This document shows, piece by piece, positions 27,432-40,048 of a stretch of DNA of 64,000 nt. Within the stretch, counting starts at the first letter, position 1, and every line of letters begins with the position of its first letter. The stretch comes from Blasia pusilla (lineage: Eukaryota), in NCBI GenBank assembly GCA_050084515.1, contig CM114271.1:26412001-26476000 (forward strand), given 5' to 3'. The notes beneath the pieces are model-generated. The model did no database searches. It worked only from the letters and a program-made list of their open reading frames with translations, and was not told where the DNA came from. The translations under genes and the position numbers were made by a program.

Positions 27432-30400
27432 TTTTGGATACTTAACATCCACTTCTCTCCGCATCATCAATATGATCGGCCCCCTTATATGAGAAGAAGC
27501 CTAGATTGATGGTTCTGACTTAGACGTCGGAGAAATCATAGTAATATGACGTAGGTGGTTTATGGAGTAGCGTTACTAGGATTATCTAACCATATTTTGC
27601 ATAAGATGATGCAATATAATCCTATATTGCATCATCCTGAAATAGGTAAAAATAGGTTAAAAAAACCCTAGTTTCCCGAGTAGTGAAGTATTCGGGAGCC
27701 GCAACGGTAGCGCATTCTCGTATGTCGAGTTATCTCTATGTTTAGGTTCCATCGAAGCTCTTCTGTGAGCCACGAAAGGACTAGGCCACTTTATATCTCC
27801 AAGATTTATAACATATTTCACTGATTTCTTCACATTCTATTTTCTAACATTGTATCATAGCTATAGGTTTTCCAATAATTTGTATTTGGCGATCTAGTGT
27901 GTTTGCACAAATTCTTGAGAGATGGCTACTTCTTCGTTAGTTCTTGCTCGCCCTCGTCCGTTGGATGAAGGGAAGTTAGATGGGTCTAACTATACATTGT
28001 GGAAGTTCAAAATGAGAACTGTCCTCGAATCATTTGAGATGTGGGAGACGGCCATAGGGGTCTATTCAAATCCACAAGCTACTTTGAGTTCTGCACCTTC
28101 ATCTTCATTTGGTGATATCAATCATGTTGTATTGCTGGCGTGGAAATGTAGAAACGCTAATGCTCTATATGCTATTGTCACGAATGTGACTGATTTTGTC
28201 ATGACTTCATTCAACATACGGCCATTATTGCCGAGGCGTGGAACATTCTGAAGAACCAATATGAATGAGACTTGGATTCAGAATCTGGAGAATCACCTAA
28301 CGTCGGAGAAATTTTCAGAAAGAGAAAGCGCGAAGCAATTTTTTACAAGGATAAAAATTCTTCAAGATCAGATGGCGTCCGTAGGAATTTCAAAACTAGC
28401 AAAGATTTGGAAAGTCGATGCATAAGGATTTTGCCTCCAAGGTATGATAGTTTGGTCAATGCATTGACTACTCAAGTAAGACCACGGCTCATACACCGCA
28501 ACAAAATAAAGTTGTTGAGTGTAAAAACCGTACAATAGTGGAGATGGTAAGATGTATCACAAAAGCACAAGGTTTGACATAAGGATTTTGGGCTGAAGTT
28601 GTTAATACTACCGTTTATATTCTAAATAGAAGTGCTACCAAGTTATTGCAAGGCATGACTCCTCATCAAGAATACTCAAGTAAGATACCATCAGTCCAAC
28701 ACTTCAGGACTCTTAGTAGTGAGTGCTTTGTACATATTCTTGATGCATCTAGGACCAGGTTGGAGTCCAAGAGCAGGAAGTACATCTTTATGGGATATAG
28801 TGATTAGTCTAAAGCTTATCACCTATGATGTCCTAAGGCAAAGAAGATGCTTCTGAGTCGTGATGTGGTGTTCTAGATACAACATCGTCAAGTGGCAGAT
28901 ATCAATGGTTCGTCCATATTATCCTGAAACGAATAGATAAGCCACCAGAGCACATAATCAATGTTTACACTAGATAATCAAGAAGAAGAATTTGGTGATG
29001 ATTACAACGAGCAGCCTGATCTTCCACTACGGTCGTCGTACCCTAAGTGGATAAAGCAGCTCTTGGATGGTAAGGATCCACCAGCAACTGATGAAGTTGC
29101 TACACGTCCAAAGAGACTAAGAGACTAGAGGAACATAAAAGAGCTTCCGCACATCTCGTCAATATGGCCTTGATGACATAGGTCTTGAAGGTGGAAGATC
29201 CATCATGCTTGGAGGAGGCCCTTGCTCATTCTCAATGGAGAGAGGCCATGTAGGATTCTTTGAATAGCGTCCATTGTATGGATTGAAGCAAGCCCATAGA
29301 GTAAGGTATCAACGAATAGACACCTTCTTCCGAGAGAGAGGTCTCATCAAGAGTCCATCAGAAGCAAATCTGTATGTGTTTTGCAAAGATGGGATGTATA
29401 TGTTGATAGTCCTTTATGTGGATGATCTTATCATCACAGGAGACCAGAGCAAGAAAATAGAGGAAATGAAGGAAGTGTTGAAATCTGAGTTTGAAATGTT
29501 AGAGTTAGGTCTTTTGCACTACTTTATAGGTATGGACATTTGGCAACAGTCAGATTCTAATTTTCTCTCTTAGCAAAAATATGCTAGAGAAATCTTGAAG
29601 GTATTCGGGATGATCGAGTGTAAGGTAGTGGTCTCGCCAATGGAGGTAGAGTTGAAACTTTCAATGGAGGATGTTTCACCATTGGTAGTTGAAAAGTTGT
29701 ATAGAAAGCTTGTGGGCAGTTTGATATTTTTGTGCAACACAAGACCAGATATTAGCTTCGCTGTAGGAGTATTTAGTAGGTTCTCAACGAAGCCTTGTGA
29801 GATTCATCATTGGAAGGCAAGGATATGTGTGTTGAAGTACATCAAAGGCACTATCGAGTACGACATCACCTATGGAGGAGGGATGGAAATGACATCTTTT
29901 TGTGACTCGCATTGGGCAAGAGACTCAGAATCTCGCACATCTGTTTCAAATTATTATTTCTTGGTGGGATCAAGTGTGGTATCATAGGTCAGCAAGAAGC
30001 AACCTACAGTGGCTCTTTCTTCTACCAAGACGGAGTACAAGGCGGCTTGTTATGCTTTTATGAAGCAATATGGTTGAGATGGATTTTGGAGGACATAGGA
30101 GAAGCACCAGAAAGTGCTACTGTAATGTGGTATGACAATCAGAGTTGCATTGCCATAGCACATAATCTTGCGTTTCATGCTCGTACGAGGCATATAGAGA
30201 TTCAGTCTTATTTTATTCGTGAGTTGATTGAAAGAGAGGTTTTGAACTTTGTCAATTTGTCTCTTGTCCAATAGAGGATAACCATGCGGATATCTTCACC
30301 AAAGCCACGAGCAAAGATTAGCTTCAACGACATCTGAAGGGTCTTGGCATCGATCTAAGACAGTAGCCCACATGAGAATGATATTGAGGGGAGGTGTTGG

Positions 30401-30550
30401 ATTCTCAACATCCACTTCTCTAAGCACCATTAATCTAATCGGCCCTCTTATATGAGGAGAAGCCTGGATTGATGGTTCCGACTTAGATGTTGAAAGATTC
30501 ATAGTAATATGACATAGGTGGTTTATGGAGTAGCGTTACAAGAATTATCT
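27432..30550 (+). mobile_element. Internally deleted Ty1/Copia retrotransposon. 5' LTR 27432-27849, degenerate iMet PBS at 27850, PPT 30386-30394, truncated 3' LTR 30395-~30550
   Basis: Gag KLDGSNYTLWKFKM. Integrase end HTPQQN..E.KNRTIVEM. RT LYGLKQA, LYVDD, YRKLVGSL..TRPDI. RNase H ARTRHIEI. The two LTR copies match. Confidence 0.9.
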
Positions 30551-30554
30551 ATTT

Positions 30555-31127
30555 TGATACTCGATCACCTCGATGTTTAGATGTCATGAGTTAGTATGAT
30601 ATCTTATATGTTTGTGTGTGTATTCGATGACAACAAGGTATGTTGTGTAGCGATGTGAATGCGCATGATAACTATCACGTCTTTTAAGATTGATCAATGA
30701 GATTATAGTAGGGTGCCTTCGAAGATATAAGAGGATGGCTTGAGGAGGTCGAGGATGACTTGCTGAGGCCATGGGTAATTTGAGAGAGCACGTTTTCCCT
30801 TTGTTTCGGCTTTTTTGGAGCTACATAGAGAAACTTGCTATTTCAGCTAAGTTGCTATTTTGAATAGATCAGAATTTCCAATTTGGGAAGTGGCCCCTTA
30901 AACCCTATATCAGATCAAGAGCCAAGGACGTGACCTGTAAGCATAGGTTATTATAGAGAGAGCTTGGGAGAGGGAAGGGGATATACCCAAGGAGATAGAG
31001 AGCTTTAGAGTTGATTCTCTCTTTGTTGAACCTCTTAGCATGAGGCGGCGGAGCCATAGTCCTCCTTGTCTTATGTTTAACCCAAACCTCTCATTAGAAA
31101 GAGTATGTTTGGTTTTTTTGTTTTTTT

Positions 31128-31216
<89 letters not shown>

Positions 31217-31386
31217 GTGTGCACATTGAGAGACCTTGTTGAGAGAACCTTGATTTATTGGAGATATTTTGGTACTCAATCGTCTTGATGTTTAGATTTC
31301 ATGAGTTAATATGGATATCTCGTATGTTTGTGTGTGTATTCGGTGACAACGATGTATGTTGTGTAGCGATGTGTATGCGTGCGACC
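30555..31386 (+). repeat. LTR of a related Gypsy family with ~120-bp duplicated ends and an internal (AG)n tract
   Basis: Ends 30551-30670 and 31265-31386 are direct repeats. Their last ~40 bp (CAACGATGTATGTTGTGTAGCGAT..GCGAC) match the 41400-42155 LTR, and both share AACCCTATAT. Confidence 0.65.
31131..31214. repeat. (AG)n microsatellite
   Basis: Perfect dinucleotide run inside the LTR. Confidence 0.95.
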
Positions 31387-33198
31387 CTCACTAGAAGAAA
31401 TATGTGGTTTTTATTACTTAACTTTAAATAACCACCCGAAAGAATAATTCGAACTATGACTAAAATAGTTTAGTCATTGATTTTGGGGTTGTGCTACTCA
31501 TCTAGTCATTTTTCTATGACCCAAGTAGTTAGCAACATCCTTTAGTCCTAAAAAATTCATATTTCCTCACTTGTCCAAGATTTGTGAGTTATGAACAACG
31601 ACTTATGTTTTTAAGGATTTCATCCTCTAATCATATAATGTTTCTCATTTATCTTGGGATATAATTTGATTTAGGCATTTCGTTGTAATGAAGCATTAAC
31701 GCATTATTTCACTAAGACCCTAACACTTTCCATCACAAACCATCCATATATGGTCATACCAAGATTTGGAAGAATGCCCACATGGAATTTAGTACCACTT
31801 AAAATCTTTATATATTTTTATAATTTATTTTTATAATTTAATTTATAGTTGAAATGTTCATTTTCCCTTTACAATTTTATTTGGTGGGAAAACGTCCATA
31901 TTTCTTGTTAAAATTTCACCTTCATCTTAAAGAATACGTATGAGAATTTTTTTTATGATTAAGTGTCTTAAAACTACTTTGAGTGATGGGGCCAATAAAC
32001 GAGGAAGATCAATAACGGTAATGATCATTGTCTTTGAATGGTCATATCATGAGTATTCTTCTTTGCATTTTCTTCATATTGAAGCAACATTAGTTCCTGC
32101 CATTGGATTGAGTTGAAACTTGGAGGAGTGAATTTTTGTGAGATCCTCTATCACTTCACTAGATCAGATCTACCATTTAGTCTTCTATGATGAAACCATA
32201 ATTAGGAGACCACATTTTGGGTTTACCATTTTTTATTTCCTCCATCGACGATCATTTCAATATTTTTCATTCTGGCCTTGGATCCTAAAACCAAAGTGCA
32301 TATTGGGACCAAGTGGCATGATTTATGAACTCTTGGTTGAAGAGAAAAGTCAAAAAAGAAGAGAGAATGCAAACAGGAAGAGGAGAATATTAAGTGGAAA
32401 TATTTTAAATGTTCTTAACATTTTCATATTCATTTTAAAACATCATTTATTCCCACCATTGGATTGAACTAAAAGTTGGAGGACCTGATGTTAGGAAGAC
32501 CTCTCATTTGAATGGTTTAGATCTTCTATTTATTCTTCCATGATGAGACAAGAACTTGGAAACCAAATTTAAAGTTCGTGATTTTTATTTCCCTCTTTGG
32601 ATGGTCATTTTGAGAGTTTATTTTTGGTTTGGTTCTTGAGACCCAAGTACATATTGTAACTAAGTTGCATGATTTATGCATATGAATGATTTAATTATTA
32701 CCATATTTTATCAATTATTTTAAAAATATTTAAAATCATATATTTATTATTAGATGTATGGATTTTTAGCTCCTTAAAGACTTAAAAATAAAATAATATA
32801 AACATAGGAATTATTTCAAAAAATACAAAAATGAGTTTTAAAAAGTAAAAATATGCAAAAAAGGAAAATTCTTATTTTTTGTATTTAAATTTGTTACATA
32901 TTTACATACAATAATGTGTGGGCTAGTGGTAGGAGACTCCACTATGGGCCTAATGGTTCAGATTCGAATCTTGCCCAAGACGTGTTTTTGCAAACCAAGA
33001 TAATGAATATAAGGTGGAGTGTAGAAAGAAAACGTTGAGAGTTTGTAGCCGCCAAGGCTAGGGTTGCAAGGACGGCTAGGGCTAGGCGCGGCTACGTTTA
33101 GGACGCGGAGGCGAACAGGGTGCGGAGACGCACCCCCTTCCCCGCTCTTTGGGGAGGCCGTAAGGCCCCCCGCATTTATTCCCCCCCCCCCTTCTCCT

Positions 33199-33390
33199 CC
33201 CAACACTTGGGAGGCGCGCATTGGGTCACGTGCCCCCCCTACACAGGTGCATAGGGACATGGGCCAAGGGCGCGACGCTCCCCCCCTCTCCTTCCAACAC
33301 TTGGGAGGTGCGCATAGGGTCACATGCCCCCCCTACACAGGTGCATAGGGACGTGGGCCAAGGGCCCGACGCTCCCCCCCTCCCCCCCCT
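33199..33390 (+). repeat. GC-rich ~95-bp tandem repeat (2 copies)
   Basis: CCAACACTTGGGAGG...CCTACACAGGTGCATAGGGAC..GACGCTCCCCCC occurs twice. Confidence 0.85.
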
Positions 33391-34138
33391 TTGGGACGTG
33401 GTTGGCGCCTCCCACAAAACGTGGTAACCGGGTAGGGCGTACGTGGTAGCAATCAAGGAGATGTGGTAGCACTGCAGACAATGTGGTAGGCGGGCTGACA
33501 TGGTTGAGTTTTGACGGCGTTGAGTCAGGTTACATGCTGCGTGTGGGGATAGGCGGAGAGGTTTGCGCGACATGATGTTTTTGGGCGTGACGGGAGGATC
33601 GAGTTGATGTACGAGTAGATGGTTGTGGTTCGGAGGTTATCGTGTCACATGGAGGAGTGAGTGTTGACGGTGCGTAGGTTGGAGGACGTGATCAGGTTAC
33701 ACATTCAAGTCCCTTTTCCCGCACTTGTCATGTGTGATTGAGAGAGTTGGGTATCGGGTAGTAGATGGTGCTAGGTGGGTGCTAGGTGGGTGGAGTGATG
33801 GTGACGATTGTAGACTCTTTTCATGTGTAGCATGTTAGTGGATATACGGCGGTTGCCGCGTAGGGGTCGCATGTATGACCCGAGAGGTTAGGTGAGTGTC
33901 GCTAGGTTAGGTGAGTCAGTTGGGAGGCTCATGGTGAGCCCGAGTGTTGAGTGTGCATGAGGCCGGGTGTGTCATCACGGGATTGACGTTAGCATAGGTA
34001 AGCTAGTGAGGAGTGTGGGAGACTCTCGATGAGTTTGAGTGCTTGAGCGGGTGAGACAAGGTTTTCATCACGGCGTTCTTCTAGGGTTCGGAAGAACGGG
34101 GTAGTGCGAGCAGTAGTAAAGGAGTGACATAGAGAGGA

Positions 34139-35639
34139 GTGAGATACCGAGGAGTTACGAGTGAGGAGCTACCTCGACATCCATCCGTGGCTAGATCGTC
34201 ATCACTAGACACTAGGTCTGGTGACGAGATCGCAGATGGAGGCAGTATCACTTGGGAGGAGATGGACGATATGGGCTATGGAGGCATGCGTCGTTTCTCG
34301 GGTGCAGTGGGCACCATTGACTTAGATGATTTTATCCAGGAGTTCGACACGTGGTGCGACTTCCAAGAGATACGGACCTCGATACGGTTCAACCCTTTCA
34401 TGGCACGGAAGGGGTTGTTCCAGCACTTGGAGGGTCCTCCGATGAATGATTACATGGAGTTTCGATCACTATATTCAGTAGAGATTGATGCCTGGGAGGA
34501 TGTATTGGGCTCCAAGGTATGTGTCCACTAGTGGTCGCTAGGCATATGATGGGACTGTGAGAGGAGAGAGACCCACACCAATAGCCCGGAGAGTAGATGG
34601 AGAGAAGGGCAATGAGACAGGGGATGTGGCAGAGACCTCTGGTGGTAGAGGGCCACCCAACTTCAGTCCCACAATGGAGTTCTTTCGACAGTTGGGGAAG
34701 ATTTACCAAGGCGTATGCACCAACAAGCTGAAGAGTCTACATGATTTTCAACGACGATCGGGTGAGAGTCTGAGAGAGGCATTCACACCCATGAGGAGGC
34801 TGATCATTGCTACGTATGGAGTGACTGAGGTGCAATCAGTCCACTATTGGTACGGGGTTCTAGACGGAGAACCACGGGGGAGAGTCCGAGATGCGGTGTT
34901 GATTCACGCAACGAAGCCCACATTGAAGGTGGTCTTTGAGTTGTTTGAGCGTATTGAGCTCAACATGAGTGAGGAGCAAGTAGTGACCGTTGGATTTTCT
35001 CAAGAGTCGACGGGTCCATTTGGCGACGGTGACCCCACAGTGCCAAAGAAACACCATTACCATTCACAGAGCGGGCGGGGTGTGCCTAGAGAGCAGGGCG
35101 GGTACCGTGAGCCTATGAGGAAACGACCCGTACCTACATATGTTGCCCAACAGGGACCGATGTGGTCTTGTTGGACGTGTGGATGGGCCCATAGGCAGAG
35201 AGACTGCCCACAGCATGGGAGAGGACCACGAGCGCCTCCGATTGCTCAAGAGCCACAGAGGATGGTCCCACCACAGCCCCAGTGTGACTATTGCCACATA
35301 TATGGTCACACTAGGGATAGATGTTTTGACCTTCGCCGAGAGGCACGTCCAGAGGTAGGCCGAGGGCCTGGGGGCGGTCGTCTTGGAGGAGGTCCGGGAG
35401 TCCTTCCTCGACGTGGTGGTAGAGGACCACCACTAGCCAGAGGAGATGGAGCAGGAGCACCAGAGCCGACACTTCTCTCATGCATCGATCATTTGGAGCA
35501 GAGGATTGCTGCCATGACGATGATGCAGCTTAGGGAAGGCACGAAGCTGGGAGGAGGTAGTGTGACTCCAACTTCTACCTCTTACCATGACCCGGGTGAG
35601 GATCTTGCCAGTATGGGGTTTATGTGTAGTGCAACCTAG
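34139..35639 (+). pseudogene. gag: Gypsy gag, frameshifted near 34500-34560
   Basis: FSGAVGTIDLDDFIQEFDTWC, a QRRSGESLREAF major-homology-like motif, and two zinc knuckles CWTCGWAHRQRDC and CDYCHIYGHTRDRC. Confidence 0.85.
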
Positions 35640-36199
35640 GTTGAGGCAGCTGCAATGGTGACTCGGGATGCTGCGAGAGGCACTAAGCCATCGAGAGATG
35701 GAGTTGAGATTGACCCACCAGAGGGGACCGATGGGCGGCAGGCCAGGGTTCCACAGTCATTCACATTGTCGGAGGCAATATACACACCATCGATGGTGCC
35801 TCGACGACCAGCGGTGCCTACAGCTCAGGCACATATGTTGACTTCACGAGGAGTTGGAGTGATAACTCCTATGCCGGCTCGAGTGGAGTAAGTGTCGACC
35901 ATAGTGTTGGAGGTGGCCACCAGAGTGAGTCAGACTCCACTATTTTCCACCATAGAGTTGGCGACGTTAGGAGTTGGACCAGCTGAGGTATTCTGGCTGG
36001 CCGCCATATTGTGTGAGCGTGGAGAGATGACTGCTTCTTGTTCAGAGGTAGTTGAGGAGGTGGTGGACTTGCCCTCAGAGCCAGTGCTCGGGACGTTCCC
36101 CACAAAGTCATGGCATGCGGCGGCGGCGAAGTTGGTAGATATGCTAGCTCGACCGGCCATAGAGCGAGCAGTGGTGACACATGGAGTAGTGTTCTGAAC

Positions 36200-36600
36200 C
36201 GAGCTGGAGTATTTTTCTTGGTTAGTCCGACGGGGACAGTATACCAGCCGCAACGCGTCCTACTTGATTCAGGAGCACAACCTTTGATGTTAGGGAAGGC
36301 GGCGTGTTTAGCGTTGGGATTACGGAAGGCCGACATTGAGCCTTGTCCCTTCTAGATACAGACCTCGATTGGGGGCATGTCACCCATGTAGTATATGACT
36401 CGACAGGAGATAGTTGTCGGAGTCCAGCCAGAGCGTGCGACGGATAGTGCTATGGTGCGCACACGTGCGATTACAACACCAGCTGAGTCGTGCGATTATA
36501 ACACCAGCTGAGTCGTATGATGTGTTGGTAGGGAGTACAATGTTATATCCCCTAGGATTCATCCTTGACTTCTGGGAGGAGACCGTTGCTTATCGGCCAG
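36200..36600 (+). pseudogene. Retroviral-type aspartic protease domain
   Basis: RVLLDSGAQPL active site and downstream YDVLVGSTMLYPLG. Contains a stop at 36353 and a ~25-bp tandem duplication at ~36465-36516. Confidence 0.8.
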
Positions 36601-37007
36601 GATGGCGGTCAGGTGACGGGCGGATGAGTTAGTTACCCGTGCAGTTTGCGAGACGAGGTGGTCGATCACGAGGCAAGTGTGTGACCACGTTGGCAGCTTT
36701 CACAGGTAGTGTTAGCTGGCCAGGAGAGTTGTTGGATGGGAACGCACATGCGGAGGATGTCCCAGTAGCGGAAAGTCCCACGGAGAGACAGGCCATGGCG
36801 GATGTCTCTTCCCATGTTGGCGAGACCTCTTCACCATTGTGGGGTACGACTCGAGAGTTACAAAGGAGTACTGACGACCTCGTGAGGAAGGCGTGGAGTC
36901 ATGCTTTTATCCCGGAGCAGCGAGAGTCACGTGGCGATCGGGCTCTTGGAGTGGAGACGTTGACCCCACTGGATATCGCAGCCGTTGTGTGGCAGTGCCC
37001 AAAGGAG

Positions 37008-37960
37008 GGTATTAGGGCGTTAGATCTCTTCGGAGGGATTAGCACCGGATTGGCTGGAGTATTGCAGGCGGGCATACGGGTGCATTAGTACCTTTATGTG
37101 GAGAGAGATGAGACCACGCGGCGAGTATCATTACGTCACGTGGCAAGATTGGTCCAGAGATATCCTGAGTTGTTGCCGGTATCTGTAGTACGGGGATATC
37201 AACATACACTACCCGCCGACATCTCTTTGGTGGGGGTGCAAGATCTAGATAGAGTTGGCACCAGTCATTTGGTGATTGCTGGATGGCCATGTCAGAGTCA
37301 TTCACCAACTGGCCGAGGATTTGGATTGCAGGATCCGAGGTCAGGGATGTTTTGGGAGATGCTGCGAGTAGTACGACAATTGCAGGAGAGTCAGACATGT
37401 TCTCCAACGTATATTTTGGAGAACGTGGCGTTGTTGGGAGACACTCGTGCACGTGTCATGACGAGTGTGCATCAGGTGAGGTCCTGGTTGGGACGTGCTA
37501 TGTTGTTAGATGTAGCAAGAGTTGGATCACGTGCCCATCGTCCACGATTGTGGTGGACGAACCCGATACCATCATAGGTACTGAGTCAAGCAGACGATGG
37601 AGTCCAGAGAGCACCACATCTCACAATGGATTCTATTTTGGGCTCAGGGCATCGATCTCAGGTGGTGACATGGGATAATAGACCAACGTTGGCCATGGCC
37701 AATAGGGTGGGGAGTTGAGGTCATCCTTACCAAGGTTGGTGAGCTTCCCAGCATCCCATGCCTTTTGTCAGGGAGGGCCATGCATGATTTGGGATGAGGT
37801 GACTGGAGCATTGGAGGAGCCTACAACAGATGAGCGCGAGCGCGCCATGGGGCTCGCTACTGGTATTACGGTGGTGCCAGGGATGATTGAGGCATCCCGG
37901 AGACAAGTGTTGGGGTAGGCGATGGACCTCAACTGTCTCACATGGATAATCATCCTAGGT
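37008..37960 (+). pseudogene. DNMT3-like C5-cytosine DNA methyltransferase catalytic domain inside Gypsy pol
   Basis: Motifs in canonical order: I IRALDLFGGISTG, II YVERD, IV LVIAGWPCQ (Cys codon 37290-37292), VI YILENV (ENV 37419-37427), VIII DVARVGSRAHRPRLWWTN, IX DERERAMG, X RRQVLG*AM. Three in-frame TAG stops and one frameshift near 37710. Confidence 0.9.
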
Positions 37961-38379
37961 ATGGCTGAGCAGAGATGGATGCGAGTGTCATCCATGCCGT
38001 CACGTCCACGAGTTGGACCATTGCCTACAAGGTCTGTACAGGCATTGGTTGGGGACGAGACGAGGAGAGATAGGCACTCATGGACTTCCTGGGACGTCGT
38101 TCAAGCGGAGAGTGCGAAGGCGGCGAGAGTATCACATGTTCATTTTTTGGATGTGGAGCATGGTGTAGGAGGTCAGAGTGGAGTGGCTGTTGCAGAGGTG
38201 GCTAGGAATGCTACATAGCAACCAAAGCCAGAGGTTGCGTCCTCTCCAAGTGAGGTCACGATGGAGACTTGGGAGCATGGGATAGGTCTCAAGTTGATAG
38301 GAGGAGAGCGACGGCGAGTTCATAGGTTTCCGAGAGGGCATGTTAGTTGTTTTGCCTTCAGTATGAGAGACTTGGGTAC

Positions 38380-39700
38380 GTTGAAGGGTCCCGGGATACG
38401 GATTGAGTTGGCTAGTGATACGCCGATCTTTTGTCGACCCTACAGGTATTCTGATATGGAGCGAACCTTGATTTAGAGCAGGAGTCAGGACTTGTTGGAG
38501 ATAGGACTTATGGAGTTATCACATGGGGAGTATGCATCTACCACAGTCATGCTGGCGAAGAAGGATATGTATGGCAATTGGACGGATAGGCGGATGTGTG
38601 GAGATTACCGTCCTATCAACCGACAGACGAGGTCAGATCGATACGCCATGCCTACTCCTGAGGAGATCTTTGATGCGGTAGGGCATGCAGAGATCTTCAA
38701 TACTTTAGATCTCCGTGTTGGATATCATCAACTTCCTATCAGGTTGGAGGACAGGGAGAAGACAACATTCTGCGGGATAGATTAGTTCGGGAGAGATTGC
38801 TTATATCAATGGCGGTTCTTACTATTTGGGTTGAAGAATGCGCCTGTAGAGTTTCAGAGAGTGATGGATAGGATTCTGGCTGGCTTGGAGTTTGTACGAT
38901 GTTACATAGATGATATTCTTATCTTCAGTTCCACGCTTGAGGAGCATGAACGACACCTGGAGGAGGTGTTTGGGCGATTGAAGTTACATGGACTGAAGTT
39001 ACATCTAGGCAAGTGCAAATTCTTTCAGGAGCGGATTGAGTATTTGGGACACACCATATACCCGAGTGGGTTAGGCGTTCAGCAGACAAAGGTAGAGGCT
39101 ATTGCGCAAATTCCACGCCCTACAGATGTGAGTCGAGTCCGAGCGTTTCTTGGACTGACAAACTTCTATCGACGATATGTCAAGGGTTTTAGTGCGATCG
39201 CAAAGTCTTTGACCTTGTTGACGAGACTTGATCAGGTTTGGTTGTGGGGAGATGATGAGGAGCGAGCATTTCAGGAGCTCAAGGACACGTTGAGCTTCTC
39301 ACCCATTTTACAGAGATCGGTTAGGGGTCGCCCATTCCAGTTACATACGGATTGGAGCATGTTGGGTCTAGGAGCAGTGCTTACTCAGAGGGATGACGAG
39401 GAGAGGGAGTTTGTTGTGGCTTACGCGAGCTGATCGAACAACATTGCAGAGGCGAAGTACAGTTCCTATGAGGGAGAATGCTTGGCTATAGTGTGGGTCG
39501 TGGCACATTTCAAGTGCTATTTATTCGGCAACCCTTTCACACTTATCACTAATCATCAGCCGTTGAGGTGGTTGATGGAGTCCGACAAGCTTACGGGAAA
39601 GCTTGCTAGGTAGGCTCTATTACTACAAGAGTATGAGTTTGAGGTGGTTCATAGGCCAGGCCGGCTGAACTAGGATGCAGATGGGTTGAGTTGTAACCCA
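38380..39700 (+). pseudogene. Gypsy reverse transcriptase and RNase H
   Basis: RMCGDYRPIN, LDLRVGYHQ, FGLKNAPVEFQRVMD, YIDDILIFS, YLGH, FQLHTDWS..GLGAVL, VVAYAS. Same reading frame as the 3' part of the DNMT domain. Confidence 0.93.
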
Positions 39701-40048
39701 TGTCCGAGTCAGAGAGATGACACAGGAGCTCGATGGCACGGAGAGAGTGATGAGGAGATGGTGCCCGCTTGGCATGTATCTGCCTATCTTTGTTGGTTGA
39801 CTATGGCAGGTCAGCCACAGGTGATGACTCCAGTGGTGGAGTTGGATGATGAGTCTTTGGATCCAGAGGTCAGTGAGGAGGCGACAGGTGGTCGTGATAT
39901 CCATGACGACGTGGAGGTTGTGGAGTTCTTGCGCACCCGCGTCATACCGAGCATAGTGAGTGCTAGGGAGCGGGATCGGATCCTACAGAGAGCCAGGAGG
40001 TTCAAGTGGGAGGGGACTCACATTTTGGGGGGAGATGGTAGGATATGA

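Noticed and set aside
30555-31386. True 5' LTR of the DNMT-Gypsy at 33430-42155
   Set aside because: Too diverged from the 3' LTR (only short motifs shared) and separated from it by the CACTA left arm; treated as a related family.
37008-37960. Host DNMT3 gene or bacterial restriction-modification methylase (contamination)
   Set aside because: Intronless, embedded in pol in frame with RT, and decayed in the same way as the rest of the element; there is no prokaryotic gene context.
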